NCBI GenBank assembly: GCA_009859145.1 | Contig: VRVR01000028.1 | Location: forward strand, 98,438 to 162,437 | From: Andalucia godoyi And28 | Taxonomy: Eukaryota; Protista; Jakobida | Length of the DNA stretch: 64,000 nt | Reading direction: 5' to 3' | Part shown: positions 1 through 11,272 of the stretch, one piece after another | Layout of the letters: each line of letters opens with the position of its first letter | How positions within the stretch are numbered: position 1 is the stretch's first letter | Program-made: the position numbers and the translations under genes | The notes under the pieces: generated by a model | Seen by the model: the letters and a program-made list of their open reading frames with translations, nothing else | Databases searched by the model: none | What the model was told of the DNA's origin: nothing

Positions 1-1
1 A

Positions 2-1522
2 AATAAGGAAACTGCTTTCGTAAGCAAGGTCTCGCAGCTGTCGGAGGCAAATAAGGAGAACGAGAATGAAAGGGCAGAGCACGAAGCAAAAGAAAAGGAG
101 CTGCAACGACAATTGAAGCAGTTGCGAAAGTACAACGGCGATCTCGAGAGAAGGCTCAAGAATGCAGAACACAATAAGCAGGCGGAGTTGGACGCAGTGC
201 AGATGCATATGGAAAATCAAATGAGCCAGTTGCAGGAGCTGATGGCGGCTTCTGAAGAAGAGCTGACTCAAACAAGACTGCAATTGAGAGATTGCGAAGA
301 TAAACTGGAGAATATGCAGGTCGCCGAACTCGAGAGAGCGCCAGTCGCGGTCGCAAATGCTTCAGTGAACACGACGCCGGTTCGCATTGTCGATCGAAGT
401 GTGGCGCAGTGGAAGGATTGCGCAACGCAAACAGTTGTTTTCCAGAACTCACAGCCATCGCCGCAGTCTCCTCCTTTGCAAGCCGTGGCAGGACCGTCCG
501 CTCATGATGTTTCTACGCAAATGCAGTCGACCATTCGGAGGATGGACGCTGAACTGGATCAGCTTCGAGGAATGCTAGATTCTCGTGCAGAGGAAGTGGC
601 TGCTTTGAACAAGGCACTTTCCAGCAAGCAGGAAGAAGCGAGAAGTTTGGAGTTCATGATTTCGCAGCTGGAGGATCGATTGCGTGACGAGGTGAATGAA
701 AAAAGCAAGATTGTCTCGCAGATTGAAAGTGAAAAGCACAAAGTGGACCAGACGAGTTCCGAATCAATGCTGCTGAGGCACGAGAATGCGAAGCTTCAAA
801 AGGAACTTGGTCGGGCTGTCGATGATGTTCAGAGACTGCAACGCGAATGCCAGGTGCAGCATGAGCACTTGCAACGTCTGCTAGCACAGGAGAGTGTTAT
901 GCGCGCGGAGATCAGAGACCTGACTGACGAAAAGATACGGCTCCGACAGGATCTCGACAAGAGCCAGATGGAGTGGAAAGATTTGATCGCACAGCAGAAG
1001 ATGCTGAGCAATTCTGCCTCCGGTCTCAAAGCAGAAAAGGATGCGCTGGAGCGTGCAATCCAGGCGATGAGGGAAGGCATGCTATCTCTGGAGCAAGAGA
1101 ATAGTACGTTGAAAGAGCGGTTCAAGATTGCAGAATCGGACGCACTGCGGTTCTTGCGAGACGTGAAGGACTATGAGATGCAGTGCCAGACGCTTGCGCG
1201 AGCCTGTGAGAGCTTGTCGCGCAAGTTGCAGGATCGTGAATCCGACGTTAGTAAGGTCAAAGAACAGGAACGAAACGCCAAGTTGAATCTGGGCACCGCT
1301 CTGGATCGTACAAATCAAGTACTCCGCGAGCTTGGTGTGTTGCAAGTCGAGTGTGAAGGATGGAAAAAACGCGTTGCAGAAAGCGCCAAGGAAAAGCAAG
1401 ATCTCGAAAACCTTGTGCGACATGAGCAGGGTCGTGCGGAGGAGCTCGAGCGAGTCGTTGAATATTTGCGAGGGCGTGAATACGAACTGTCGCGGCAGGT
1501 CCAAAGTTCGTCGTCGTCATGA
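2..1522 (+). CDS. Long coiled-coil protein, 5' partial (possibly centrosomal, CEP135/TSGA10-like)
   Basis: Frame open from base 2 to TGA at 1520-1522; E/K/Q/L-rich heptads throughout. The family guess is weak. Confidence 0.7.
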   Translation, partial: NKETAFVSKVSQLSEANKENENERAEHEAKEKELQRQLKQLRKYNGDLERRLKNAEHNKQAELDAVQMHMENQMSQLQELMAASEEELTQTRLQLRDCEDKLENMQVAELERAPVAVANASVNTTPVRIVDRSVAQWKDCATQTVVFQNSQPSPQSPPLQAVAGPSAHDVSTQMQSTIRRMDAELDQLRGMLDSRAEEVAALNKALSSKQEEARSLEFMISQLEDRLRDEVNEKSKIVSQIESEKHKVDQTSSESMLLRHENAKLQKELGRAVDDVQRLQRECQVQHEHLQRLLAQESVMRAEIRDLTDEKIRLRQDLDKSQMEWKDLIAQQKMLSNSASGLKAEKDALERAIQAMREGMLSLEQENSTLKERFKIAESDALRFLRDVKDYEMQCQTLARACESLSRKLQDRESDVSKVKEQERNAKLNLGTALDRTNQVLRELGVLQVECEGWKKRVAESAKEKQDLENLVRHEQGRAEELERVVEYLRGREYELSRQVQSSSSS

Positions 1523-1663
1523 GCGGCTCACACGCAAGAACCCAATCCCCACCATCACCGTCCCTCCTCCAAAACAAAAACAAAAACAAAACGAAAAAAA
1601 AAGACAGTAACAAGAACAATTCGTTCACATGGAAGAAAATTTATTCTGTACAATTTCCCCGAA

Positions 1664-2869
1664 CTACTTCTTCTTCTTGCCACCTTTTCCCTTTCCACCC
1701 TTTCCTTTGGACTTTGATTTGGCACCGAACGCAGCAAATCCAGCATACACCTCTTTGGGAAGCGTTTCTGACACTTGAATCGATCTCCACCCGCTGTTAG
1801 CAACGGTGTGCTTCTTGCAGGATTCCAGAAGTGCTGTAGCTGCTTCGGCAGGAAGCTCGTTGTACGCAAGATCCAAGACCTCGAGCGATTGGTTACGTTC
1901 CACGGCTCGTCCGAGAGCTTCGATGCCTGCAGAATCATGGCCCACAAGCGTGTCCTTCAGCAAGAGCTCGACAATCGTAGTATTTCGTGAGAGTCCATCA
2001 GCAATGCCCACCAGCCCCGTGGAAATTGGGTTTCCCTGCAGATCCAGCACTTTCAGCCGAACGTACACTCCGAGGATGCACTCGCCGATTGCAAGTGCCC
2101 CCTTTGGTCCGATTCCGCAGAACTTGAGAGACAACGTATCGATGTTGCACTCATTGATTCTAAATGATTCTGCCAGCGTGATCGCGCCCTGGTCGCCAAG
2201 TGCGGCGTTGTAGTCCAACTCAAGACGGGTAAGTGTGTCATTGACCTTTGATCCGGAGCCAAGGCAACTGCTCAGGAACAAACATCCGCGAGGAGAAATT
2301 CCACAGTCCAACACGTCAATTCCCTTCAGGTGTGTGTCCATCTTCAAAAACTCAGCCAAAACATGCATGCCATCGTCTCCAAGCTGGCATCTCCAAAAGT
2401 GTAGGCTCCTCAACTCAGTATAGACACCGGGCGTCTGTCCGCTCCCTGCAGCCGCAGCTCCTCCTTCGCCGCCCTTGTCTTTCCCTTCTTTTTCCTTCCC
2501 ATCGCCCTTCCCACCCTTCTTTTTATCGCCTCCACTCCCACCTTTTTCCGGCTCAGGCAGCGAAGTACTCGATGGTCCCGCAATCCCAAGAGCTGTCGAA
2601 AGATGCGCAACGTTTGTGTCATTGCAGCATTCAAGCAATGCAGAGAGCTGTGCCGGAGAAAACACGTCGAAAAACGTAAACCTCCGAACCAGCTCTGCAC
2701 CGTCCTCTTTCTCAAGCGCGGCCTTCACCTGCTTCAGAACTGCATCAATCGCATCCACTTTGCGATTGACGCACGTCTTCTTGTACCATTTCACAAACTC
2801 GTTCAGAATATCCTCGGGTGTTTTCTCCCCATCCGCCCCCGCTTTCTTTGCTGCTTTCTTTGGCGGCAT
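1664..2869 (-). CDS. RNI-like leucine-rich repeat protein with Lys/Gly-rich termini
   Basis: 401 aa; repeats such as LRSLHFWRCQLGDDG, LTRLELDYNAALGDQG, LKVLDLQGNPI, LEVLDLAYNEL; MPPKKAAKK start and KGKGGKKKK end. Confidence 0.85.
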   Translation of the reverse strand: MPPKKAAKKAGADGEKTPEDILNEFVKWYKKTCVNRKVDAIDAVLKQVKAALEKEDGAELVRRFTFFDVFSPAQLSALLECCNDTNVAHLSTALGIAGPSSTSLPEPEKGGSGGDKKKGGKGDGKEKEGKDKGGEGGAAAAGSGQTPGVYTELRSLHFWRCQLGDDGMHVLAEFLKMDTHLKGIDVLDCGISPRGCLFLSSCLGSGSKVNDTLTRLELDYNAALGDQGAITLAESFRINECNIDTLSLKFCGIGPKGALAIGECILGVYVRLKVLDLQGNPISTGLVGIADGLSRNTTIVELLLKDTLVGHDSAGIEALGRAVERNQSLEVLDLAYNELPAEAATALLESCKKHTVANSGWRSIQVSETLPKEVYAGFAAFGAKSKSKGKGGKGKGGKKKK

Positions 2870-3217
2870 GTTCTTGATTTAGCTCAGAGATTGTCGATTG
2901 ATCCGCTGTGCTTACTCTTTGGAAAATGAATCTGTATGCCTAGCTATCCAAAATGCCAAACACGAAATAAGAAGCAAAAGACGTGCGTATATAGTAAAAA
3001 GAAAAAACGAGTCCCTTTTTTTGTCAACGGAAAATGGCGCAAGCATCAAGCGGGGCCAGCATCACTTTCAAAGTGTGCATCAAGCGCGCCAAGAAAGATC
3101 CAATTATCATTCATTCAAAGGGATCATTATTTATTATTTTCTTAACGTATCTTTTTTAATTTATTTTTTTTTATTTATTTTTTTATTTTTTTATTATTTA
3201 TTTATCTTTTTTGCGAA

Positions 3218-3577
3218 ATGTCAGAGACTCAGCCTGCGCTGTCGCGTCGCATGGGAAGCGGGCGGTTTCCAGCGGCACGCATCAAGAAAATCATGCAAGA
3301 AGACGACGACGTGGGGAAAATCAGTGCTGAAGTTCCGGCAATGGTGTCCCGGGCAGCGGAGTTGATGCTTCATCAAATCGCGATCAAGTGCGCCGAATAT
3401 CTGCAAGACCGCGCCGTCAGCACCATCACTCCAGCGCACGTAAAGGCCGTCCTGGAAGGCGACTCAAAATTTGAGTTCTTTGCCGAGCGGCTGGTCGACA
3501 TCGAAGAGGACAAGCAATCGGAAGCTCCTAAGCGAAAACGATCCAGAACTACGGCCGCCGTCCTCGGTCATGAATAA
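3218..3577 (+). CDS. DRAP1: Negative cofactor 2 alpha subunit (histone fold)
   Basis: RFPAARIKKIMQEDDDVGKISAEVPAMVSRAAELM...TITPAHVK...KFEF is the DRAP1/Bur6 signature. Confidence 0.92.
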   Translation: MSETQPALSRRMGSGRFPAARIKKIMQEDDDVGKISAEVPAMVSRAAELMLHQIAIKCAEYLQDRAVSTITPAHVKAVLEGDSKFEFFAERLVDIEEDKQSEAPKRKRSRTTAAVLGHE

Positions 3578-3729
3578 TTTTTTTAAAAAACACCTTTCCT
3601 TTTGTTTCCTTTGCTTCTGGTTTCCGTATTTCTGTCTTTCTTTCTATTTTTTTATTACTATTATTATTTTTTTTTCCTGTTTTGCTGAAAGCCTGAGGAG
3701 GAGGAGGAGCCTGGGATCTACTTGCGAGT

Positions 3730-4548
3730 ATGGAGACGGTTCACAGACTAACTTCTGCGGACACGATTCGCGAGTTGGAGCCGATGTTTCGAAAACCGCG
3801 AGCTTCGTTTCCGCTTTCGCTGTTTTTTGGAGTTTCGGATCAAGTGTACTACTCGAAGCTTGAGGAGTATGTGATTGCGTTGATGGCTGCAAAGCGGGTA
3901 GACGAAGCAGAGAGAGTTCTGGAGAAGCATCTGTATCCACAGTTCCCGCCTGCATCGTACAGTCGATCGAATATACTGAAAGGCAGGGTTTTCGAGGCAA
4001 AAGGAGAGTATTCTGAGGCATTGAAGCTGTACGAAGGGATTCTGAAGGAGGATCCATTTCATCTTGGGGCTCGCAAACGAGTGTTGGCTGTGTACGCAGA
4101 ACAGGCCAGCTTGGATGCGCCGGGCAGTGGTCAGAAAGAGCTGCTGGTGAAGGCGCTTAGCATGGGAAATAGCATTTTGGACCTGACTCCTGATCGTGAC
4201 GTGATGCTGGTGATGTACGAACTGTATATTAGAGTGGGTGATTTCGAACGATCGCTGTTCTGCGTGGAAGAAGCGCTGCTGCTGGAGCCCATGCATCCTA
4301 TGCTGAATTGCTTGGCAGCGGAATGCTGTGTGTGCATCGGCTCCGTCGATGCTCTGCGAACGGCGCGAAAATATGCTGCGAGGGCATGTGAACTGACAGA
4401 CGGGGAGGATACCAGGTGTTTGGCCGTGCTTTCTGCGATTGTGGACAAGTTGATGGACCAAAAGTGTAAGGACGAAGTGAATGAGCAGCTCAAGACATGG
4501 GTTACACACGCTCTGTCTGCGAGATCGCCGAGCAGCACTTTGCAGTAA
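3730..4548 (+). CDS. EMC2: ER membrane protein complex subunit 2 (TPR)
   Basis: 272-aa TPR protein; LKGRVFEAKGEYSEALKLYEGILKEDP...ARKR and FCVEEALLLEP match EMC2/TTC35. Confidence 0.82.
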   Translation: METVHRLTSADTIRELEPMFRKPRASFPLSLFFGVSDQVYYSKLEEYVIALMAAKRVDEAERVLEKHLYPQFPPASYSRSNILKGRVFEAKGEYSEALKLYEGILKEDPFHLGARKRVLAVYAEQASLDAPGSGQKELLVKALSMGNSILDLTPDRDVMLVMYELYIRVGDFERSLFCVEEALLLEPMHPMLNCLAAECCVCIGSVDALRTARKYAARACELTDGEDTRCLAVLSAIVDKLMDQKCKDEVNEQLKTWVTHALSARSPSSTLQ

Positions 4549-4595
4549 ATTTTTTAATTCCGACATCAACTTCTTTTGGCTAAATGTTCAATGCT

Positions 4596-4635
4596 GATCT
4601 GATCGGATCGGATCGGATCGGATCGGACCGGATCT
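4596..4635. repeat. (GATCG)n pentanucleotide tandem repeat
   Basis: gatct gatcg x5 gaccg gatct between two convergent 3' ends. Confidence 0.9.
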
Positions 4636-4759
4636 GCACGGCTTGCCCAATCGAAGTCGCGTGGGTCGAGAAATTCGTGTGAAACGGCCAAGTCTCGACG
4701 ACGCTGCGTGCATCCAGTGACCGTCGCTTTTTGAAGCAAGAGACCAGAAGGCTCGCAAT

Positions 4760-7700
4760 CTACTGCACCCAACATCTTTCATTGTCCAAGATTTCTTCCT
4801 TGAGCTCCAGCGGCAGGGAAGAAGGATCCACGGGCTGCAAACACGTCTTGGTTTTCTCGAAGCCGTTCACAGACGAAAGCATCTTCTCCAATGCCTTCTT
4901 TCTCTTCTTTTCCTTGTATTCCTGCTGAAACCAGCGAAACAAAAAGCGAAAAGACCCTCTAGAACTGCTCAGCAGAAATGCCGTCGATTCCGCAGAAAAA
5001 TGGATCACAGAAGGATCGTTGACAGCAGAAAGACCTGCAAGAACATCCAGTGTTTCGGGTGAAAGGAAGAAGATGTGAAGAACACTGGATTTTGTAAAGT
5101 TTCGAAACGCCATGGCAACCAAGCGTAGGATCGCCGTGTACTGTGTTCCGGAAATCGACTTTGGGTCCTGAATAGAGGAGAGCCGTAGGATGCACGTTCT
5201 GTACAGAATCCTGAGAGTCTTGACGATCGTGATGGATCGGAAGCACAACGGGCCCAGAATCTCGTCTGCCTCGATTCGCAAGGAGACGTTTGCCAGCGTG
5301 CCAGCACAATACAGCAGAACGCTGTGGTCCGCCTCTCGATCTGTGGAACAGTTCAGGATCACATCGAAAAATGTGATCGTAGAACACCACCTACGAAGCG
5401 CCGGGGCGTCCGCTGTTCCCACAAGGTTCGAAATTGCGCGAAGACACTGCTGGCGCATAAGTCTTAATTGTGAGGGCTTCATGCTGCTCTTTGACACATC
5501 TGGAATATGAAGAAAGAACTTTTCCTTTTCAGCCAGCTTCCTTTGCTGCTCCCTGTGATGTTCCGTTTCAAGCTCCTTGACCTTGTCTTCCTGGAGATTC
5601 CCAGTCAAAATTCCACTTTCTGGCTTCATCTTTTTTTTCTCGTTGGTGTCTGCGTACCGCAAAAGCAGCGGGAGTGAATTCAGGCGCTCAAGCACCTTCT
5701 CTGTTTCAGGAGTCATCGCAAGGTTGGCGATGATAGCGGCAGCTTCGACGTGTGGATACTTCCTCATGCCAATCTCAATAATTCTCGAAATCGAATCCTG
5801 CTGGAGAAAGAACAGAGGACACTTTGTTGACGCGGAAACATTCGACAAGAATCGCAGCCCATATTTGATGCAAGACGGTGGAACAACTTCCAAGAACAAC
5901 GTAAAGATGCCGATAAGCTGAGACATGAATGGATCTGCGGACGAAAGCCCAGCAGCTGACGAAGCTGCCGTATCGAGGAGATCTTTCTGAATTGCGATGT
6001 CCTCAAAACTCGAGATGCAAAACAAGTTGGCAAGTAATGTGGAAGCGGTGGTCAGAACGCGGGCACAGCAGTACGCAGCGACGCCTTGTTTGGACGGGGT
6101 TGTGAAATCCTGGATCCGGGAGATGTCTCCCGAAGGACTGGCCTGAAGAAGCCGTACGGAAAATACGGTATCCCCAGAACTTAAAAGACTCTGTTTGGCG
6201 TAGCCGACGGTTGCCTCTAGCAGAGTCTTCAACGGCACCAGCAATCGCACCAGAGAAGACGCATCGGGAATCCAGTTTCTCCAAACAGTCAGAGGAAGAG
6301 GAGCAGAGGCCTTTAGTGTCAACGGCAGTCTTGGAATCGAGATAAGAAGGTAGCAAGAAACCAAGGAGAACAGACGAGAAAGCTCATCGACGGTGCCGAG
6401 AAGAACGAAAACCGTCTTTCCTCCAAGGCCTCCGAATTTCACCCATACGTCAAAAAGAAACGACAGAACAGCAAACTGATGCATGGAAAGCAACCCTTGC
6501 TGGACAGAAAACTCTCCAGAGAGAGAAGTGGCAAGTGTTCTTTGGGACGGGGGAATGGCAGAGAATTTCACAAGAGAGTCAATCAGATTCGAACAGGACC
6601 GGATACAGTTCCTCATGGTGTGAAACCCAACCCAGTCATCTGGACCAGCCATGTTGAATACACTGAGAGGCGAGTCCATGTCCTTGTCTTCGACGAGAGA
6701 CTCTAGGATCTCCTCCCCCCACAAGCTGCTCAACTGATTCTGTCTGTCAGGAATCAGCAAGGAGAAGATGTTTTCTTTGATGAAGTACAGAGCACACTGG
6801 TCAAATCTTGAGCACCTCGCAATAAGCGAAGAGACAGCAAACATTCCGAGTCGGCAAAACTCCAGTTCCTCTCGACCAGCATGCTTCGAAGAGAATCGCT
6901 TGTGGTGACAGAATCCGATGAAGTTGAGAATACGAGTCCATGCGTCAGCCTCCAGAATCCGCAAGCTGTGATGAAGAGAGCGAGAAATGTTGGAGAGTGT
7001 CATAACTGCACAGACGCTTACAAAGAGCGGTTCTTCTCCGACGATTCCAACAAGAACATGCACGAGCCCGACCTCTTCCACGCATTCGACAACAGTCCTC
7101 ACCACTGAAGAATTCTCGGCAGACTTTTCTACGACGTTGCTGCTACTGTCCGTCTCTTCCTGCGCGACAAAGGCAAGATGCGTGAGCCTCTGCAGAATGT
7201 GCAAGACCACAAATTTCGTCATCGACGAGCAGTTTTCCAAACGACGGACGAGTTTCCTGAGAAAACCTGGTCTGCTGACAAAGCCTTCCACTTCCCTCAG
7301 GATCTCAGTGTCTTTGAGGGAGTAAGCCTTGAAATAAGAAAAGTAAACTAAAAATAAGCAACACTCATGGCTGTCAACCTGATCAACGTACCAACTGATC
7401 ACAAGAGTACTTGGGAACCAGGATCCGCGATACATTGCCGACAAAAGGAAAACGTGATACTGCCATACCAATGCGAATCGCTGTTCCCCAACAGCAGATT
7501 CTGTTTGCGAGGCACAGTATTCTGAAATCATTGTTCTTCCAAGTTCCTCGGCGTCCTTCCACGGAATTCCAATACCACAAGACGCAAGGTAGGACAGTGC
7601 ACGGCAGTGCTGAATGTTTTCTGCAGTACGGGATGCCGTTGAAGAAATTAGTCGTCGCTGGAAGACTGCAAACACGTTCTTCGCTTGCTTCTGCACAAAA

Positions 7701-9364
7701 AACAGTGTGTCCTTGTTTGTGGAGTCCGCATCCATGGCCTCTGCATAGTACGCACATATGTTCGCTATCAGTGTGCACAGTGAGACGGACGTGCTCTCCG
7801 GAAGGGGCTGCTTCTCCGTGACGTCCAGAAGAATGGCGACGTCAAAACTGTCCAATACTGTGCAAGCAAGCTCTCGAACAGATGCCAGGTTCGCTAACGC
7901 AGCAGACAATACGTCTCTCAACAGTGCTTGGCTTTCGGTGAGCGAGCTTGAGCGAACCACCAAGTCTTCAAACAGTTTCAGAAGCCAGTACAATTCCATG
8001 TCTTCCCTTAACGCAATCCCGTCTGCAGCGCTCCAGTCGTTTTCATTAGAAAACGCACTGACAATGCATGCGAGTGCCTGAATGCGGACGTGAATGCGCG
8101 AATCGTCTTCCCATCCTGCGACCAGTCTGGCGAGAATTTTCACACCTCCGGCATGAATCAGAAGGCCGGCATCTCCTGCATCGACGAGCAAACTGCTGAG
8201 GAAATTCAGGAGTCGCTCAACCCAGAAGCTGGCGTTTCTTTGAAGTGCTGGCTCGTGCGATTCACAGACGTTTCTTATCCACTCCAGGATCCGGTCTACC
8301 AGATTCCAGCTTCTTTTCCAAAGCACACGAAGCGATTTGTTTTCACACATCCTGACTATCAACGACAGAACAGCCCAGAATCTTCCAGACTCAGGGTCCA
8401 GGCTGTCGAGCAGATCTGATAAGTACGAAACGTCCAACTGCTGTGCGACGTTATCAGGAATGGACGAGTAATTCAGACGACGAAGAACAGCCAGGCAGGC
8501 AGGCTTCCAGCATCGCCGAATAGCAACCGAAGCAAATATTAAGATGGCTGCATCACCGCAAACCTCAATGACCGGAAGATATGTCTCCAAGACCTCTGCC
8601 GCAGTAGTAGACGTCATAACGCGTGCGACTGATTTGAGAATACTTTCTGTAAGGGCTGGGATCATGATTGCCAAGGAACGGAGGCACTGACTGACTGCCA
8701 GGCATGCATGAAGCGAGAGCGAGGAACTGACACCGACGAAACGAAACAGCGTCTCTGTCAGCGTCATCAGTGTCTTCTCCGGTATCACTGGAGCAGTGCG
8801 CGACGAGCACAAGAAGGCAAGCCAGGAGGACAGGCAAGCGAGACACACCGCAGTAACCTGCGTATCGCTGACAGTCTTCGTAATAACCAGCAGTAAATCT
8901 GTGTCGGCGTGGACATTGTAGAAGTGCAGCGTGTCGCGCACCGGCGCAGTCGAAAAGCTTTCTGTGACTGTCGATGCGTGCTTGCTTCGACTCGCCATCG
9001 CAATGTGCTTGAAGAAGAGATCAAACGACACCTCTTCGTACAGTACAGACAGTCCCAGCAGGCAGTGGACAGCCATCTGTTTGGCCTCTGCAGAAGAAAC
9101 GGTGAGGGTGAACTTTCGAGTCAGGATTTCTCGAATGCGAATGTACATTTCGGCAATTTTCGGGTAAGCTTCTTCCATCATGGCGAACTCGTGAATCCGG
9201 AGGCAGGAGAGTGCCTGGAACGCCGCGATAGTTTTGCTGGTATTCTGCGACATCAGCATGACACATATTTCCTCGAGGTTGAGAAGCGTAACAGATCGGA
9301 ACAGCTCTGTTGTGCTCTGTCCTCCTTTGCTCCGCGTCGTCCGCTGCGATTTCGATGCCAACAT
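4760..9364 (-). CDS. Large ARM/HEAT-repeat protein
   Basis: 1534-aa ORF from ATG 9364; armadillo-like helices (AAAIIANLAMT, CLRAISNLV, CAGTLANVS, AVMTLSNIS). The extreme C-terminus may contain an unresolved intron. Confidence 0.8.
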   Translation of the reverse strand: MLASKSQRTTRSKGGQSTTELFRSVTLLNLEEICVMLMSQNTSKTIAAFQALSCLRIHEFAMMEEAYPKIAEMYIRIREILTRKFTLTVSSAEAKQMAVHCLLGLSVLYEEVSFDLFFKHIAMASRSKHASTVTESFSTAPVRDTLHFYNVHADTDLLLVITKTVSDTQVTAVCLACLSSWLAFLCSSRTAPVIPEKTLMTLTETLFRFVGVSSSLSLHACLAVSQCLRSLAIMIPALTESILKSVARVMTSTTAAEVLETYLPVIEVCGDAAILIFASVAIRRCWKPACLAVLRRLNYSSIPDNVAQQLDVSYLSDLLDSLDPESGRFWAVLSLIVRMCENKSLRVLWKRSWNLVDRILEWIRNVCESHEPALQRNASFWVERLLNFLSSLLVDAGDAGLLIHAGGVKILARLVAGWEDDSRIHVRIQALACIVSAFSNENDWSAADGIALREDMELYWLLKLFEDLVVRSSSLTESQALLRDVLSAALANLASVRELACTVLDSFDVAILLDVTEKQPLPESTSVSLCTLIANICAYYAEAMDADSTNKDTLFFVQKQAKNVFAVFQRRLISSTASRTAENIQHCRALSYLASCGIGIPWKDAEELGRTMISEYCASQTESAVGEQRFALVWQYHVFLLSAMYRGSWFPSTLVISWYVDQVDSHECCLFLVYFSYFKAYSLKDTEILREVEGFVSRPGFLRKLVRRLENCSSMTKFVVLHILQRLTHLAFVAQEETDSSSNVVEKSAENSSVVRTVVECVEEVGLVHVLVGIVGEEPLFVSVCAVMTLSNISRSLHHSLRILEADAWTRILNFIGFCHHKRFSSKHAGREELEFCRLGMFAVSSLIARCSRFDQCALYFIKENIFSLLIPDRQNQLSSLWGEEILESLVEDKDMDSPLSVFNMAGPDDWVGFHTMRNCIRSCSNLIDSLVKFSAIPPSQRTLATSLSGEFSVQQGLLSMHQFAVLSFLFDVWVKFGGLGGKTVFVLLGTVDELSRLFSLVSCYLLISIPRLPLTLKASAPLPLTVWRNWIPDASSLVRLLVPLKTLLEATVGYAKQSLLSSGDTVFSVRLLQASPSGDISRIQDFTTPSKQGVAAYCCARVLTTASTLLANLFCISSFEDIAIQKDLLDTAASSAAGLSSADPFMSQLIGIFTLFLEVVPPSCIKYGLRFLSNVSASTKCPLFFLQQDSISRIIEIGMRKYPHVEAAAIIANLAMTPETEKVLERLNSLPLLLRYADTNEKKKMKPESGILTGNLQEDKVKELETEHHREQQRKLAEKEKFFLHIPDVSKSSMKPSQLRLMRQQCLRAISNLVGTADAPALRRWCSTITFFDVILNCSTDREADHSVLLYCAGTLANVSLRIEADEILGPLCFRSITIVKTLRILYRTCILRLSSIQDPKSISGTQYTAILRLVAMAFRNFTKSSVLHIFFLSPETLDVLAGLSAVNDPSVIHFSAESTAFLLSSSRGSFRFLFRWFQQEYKEKKRKKALEKMLSSVNGFEKTKTCLQPVDPSSLPLELKEEILDNERCWVQ

Positions 9365-9914
9365 TCTTATTTCCAGGATGCTTCATGACACTGCACCATT
9401 TACTCGTTTACTAGGATAACGATGCGGAAGAAAGATAGTGCGATGCGAATGTTGTCGGGTGCGGACGCGTTACTGCTGCGGATCGCCGTGCCACAGTGAC
9501 GCTTCGCAAGTAGTTTCTGCTTTGACGAAAGCCTGAGGGGGCGGGGGTTTGTGGGAAACTCTCGGATATTCCGTGAAAATGTCAAATTCGTTTTTTCCAC
9601 TGTACATCGTCGACAACCGAGTCCATTATTAACGGTGCCACATCCTTGCTGTGGAAGAAACTGTTGTACGAAAGCCGTCCCGCCAACCAGAAAAGCTGCT
9701 ACACACCGGGCGAGCATAGCGATAACAACATCGTTTCTACGCCCCGAGCGCCGAAGAGAGAGGCCTTTTTGAAAAAACCACAAAACAACCACACAAAACT
9801 TTCATATTCAAAAAGTCACCCTTTCTTACGCCTCTAACCTTACCTTACTTTTTGTGTTTGTGTGTGGTGTTTTCGCACTCTTACTTTTTTGTTTTCTGTT
9901 CTGACTGACTAACA

Positions 9915-11153
9915 ATGACCGACCCAACTCAAACGGTGGATACTTCGACTGTGGCGATTGACTCTTCGATTCTTTCTCGTGCACTGGATGATGCGGTAAA
10001 GCGAATTGTTCTCCCGGAAATTGCAGCTTTGCGTTCCGAGGTTCTTGCCCATGTGACTTCGCTTCTCAATGGCGGCGACAAGTTCGTGCGTGCGTCGCAT
10101 TCGATTGTGGCGGCGTCAGGCGCGGGTTCAGGTTCAGGCGCAGGCGCAGGCGCAGGGCAGGGGTCAGGCTCCGGATTAGGGCAGGGGTCAGGCTCAGGGT
10201 TGGTGCAGGGGTCAGTGTCAGTGTCCGGTATGGCCAATCCTGCGGCGTCTTCGGGAACTCCCACTTCGACGTCCTCGACGAATCCAAACGCAAACAAAGG
10301 AAGGGGGAACTCCGTGGGACCTGCAATGAAGCGCCAACAGCCTACTCCCCCTGCACATCTTCACCAGCCTGCACACCACCACCATCACCACCATCCGCAT
10401 GCTGAACCCGATGATGCGCCCGGTGATGTGCCTCCTGCGGATGACGAAGTCGTGGACAGTGCTGCGCTAGGACACCACGGACTGCATCATCACCATCCTG
10501 CGCACCACCATCACCAGCATGCTGCCGCTGCGGTGCATCATCCTCATCATCAACACCACCATCATGCCATGCACCATCCTCACGATCAAGAAGACAGTGA
10601 TGACATCCATTCGGAAGCAAAGAGAGCGCGGCTGATGAGTGGAATTGTGGATGCAGAAGTCACATCGTCTTTTGCAGAGGAAATTGAATCGAGATTGTTT
10701 GGGACACTGAATGTGACGAATGAATTCCGAAAATTCCGTGAGGAGCGAGGATATGATTTTGAAGGAGGAGCACATGCCACAAAGGTCTTTCTGGAGGAGT
10801 ATCTCGAAATTATGAAATCTCCGAGTTACGATCAGGCATGTCGAGAGTTTGGACCGGAGAATGTTCGCAGGACAATCGAAGCCAAGAAAATCAAACTCGC
10901 CAATGCGTACAATACTGCGATTAGTCGGAGTCGACGTCGCACTACAAAGCAGCAGCTGCACGGCGCGGGTGGTGGAGTCGCACAATTGGAGGCGCATCAT
11001 CACCACCACTCCCTTCCTCATTCGCATGTTGGCTCCCACGCACAACTTGGATCACATGCGCACCACCTCGGGCAGGACGACACGACGACCGAAATAGATG
11101 AGCAAGGGGTCCAGGTTCCGGTTCCTTTGAAAGATGACGGCAAACGAGGGTAA
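9915..11153 (+). CDS. His-rich protein of unknown function with a central helical domain
   Basis: 412 aa; Gly/Ser repeats, several poly-His tracts, ordered segment FAEEIESRLF...LANAYNTAISRSRRR. Confidence 0.75.
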   Translation: MTDPTQTVDTSTVAIDSSILSRALDDAVKRIVLPEIAALRSEVLAHVTSLLNGGDKFVRASHSIVAASGAGSGSGAGAGAGQGSGSGLGQGSGSGLVQGSVSVSGMANPAASSGTPTSTSSTNPNANKGRGNSVGPAMKRQQPTPPAHLHQPAHHHHHHHPHAEPDDAPGDVPPADDEVVDSAALGHHGLHHHHPAHHHHQHAAAAVHHPHHQHHHHAMHHPHDQEDSDDIHSEAKRARLMSGIVDAEVTSSFAEEIESRLFGTLNVTNEFRKFREERGYDFEGGAHATKVFLEEYLEIMKSPSYDQACREFGPENVRRTIEAKKIKLANAYNTAISRSRRRTTKQQLHGAGGGVAQLEAHHHHHSLPHSHVGSHAQLGSHAHHLGQDDTTTEIDEQGVQVPVPLKDDGKRG

Positions 11154-11272
11154 TCTCGAATCGTTCCTGGGCTTTCTCACACTCCGTTGTTTATTATTAT
11201 TATTTTTATAAATTTTTTTTGTATGTAAAATCAATTTCATGTGCAAGTTTTATTCTTGAAAATATTTAAAGG

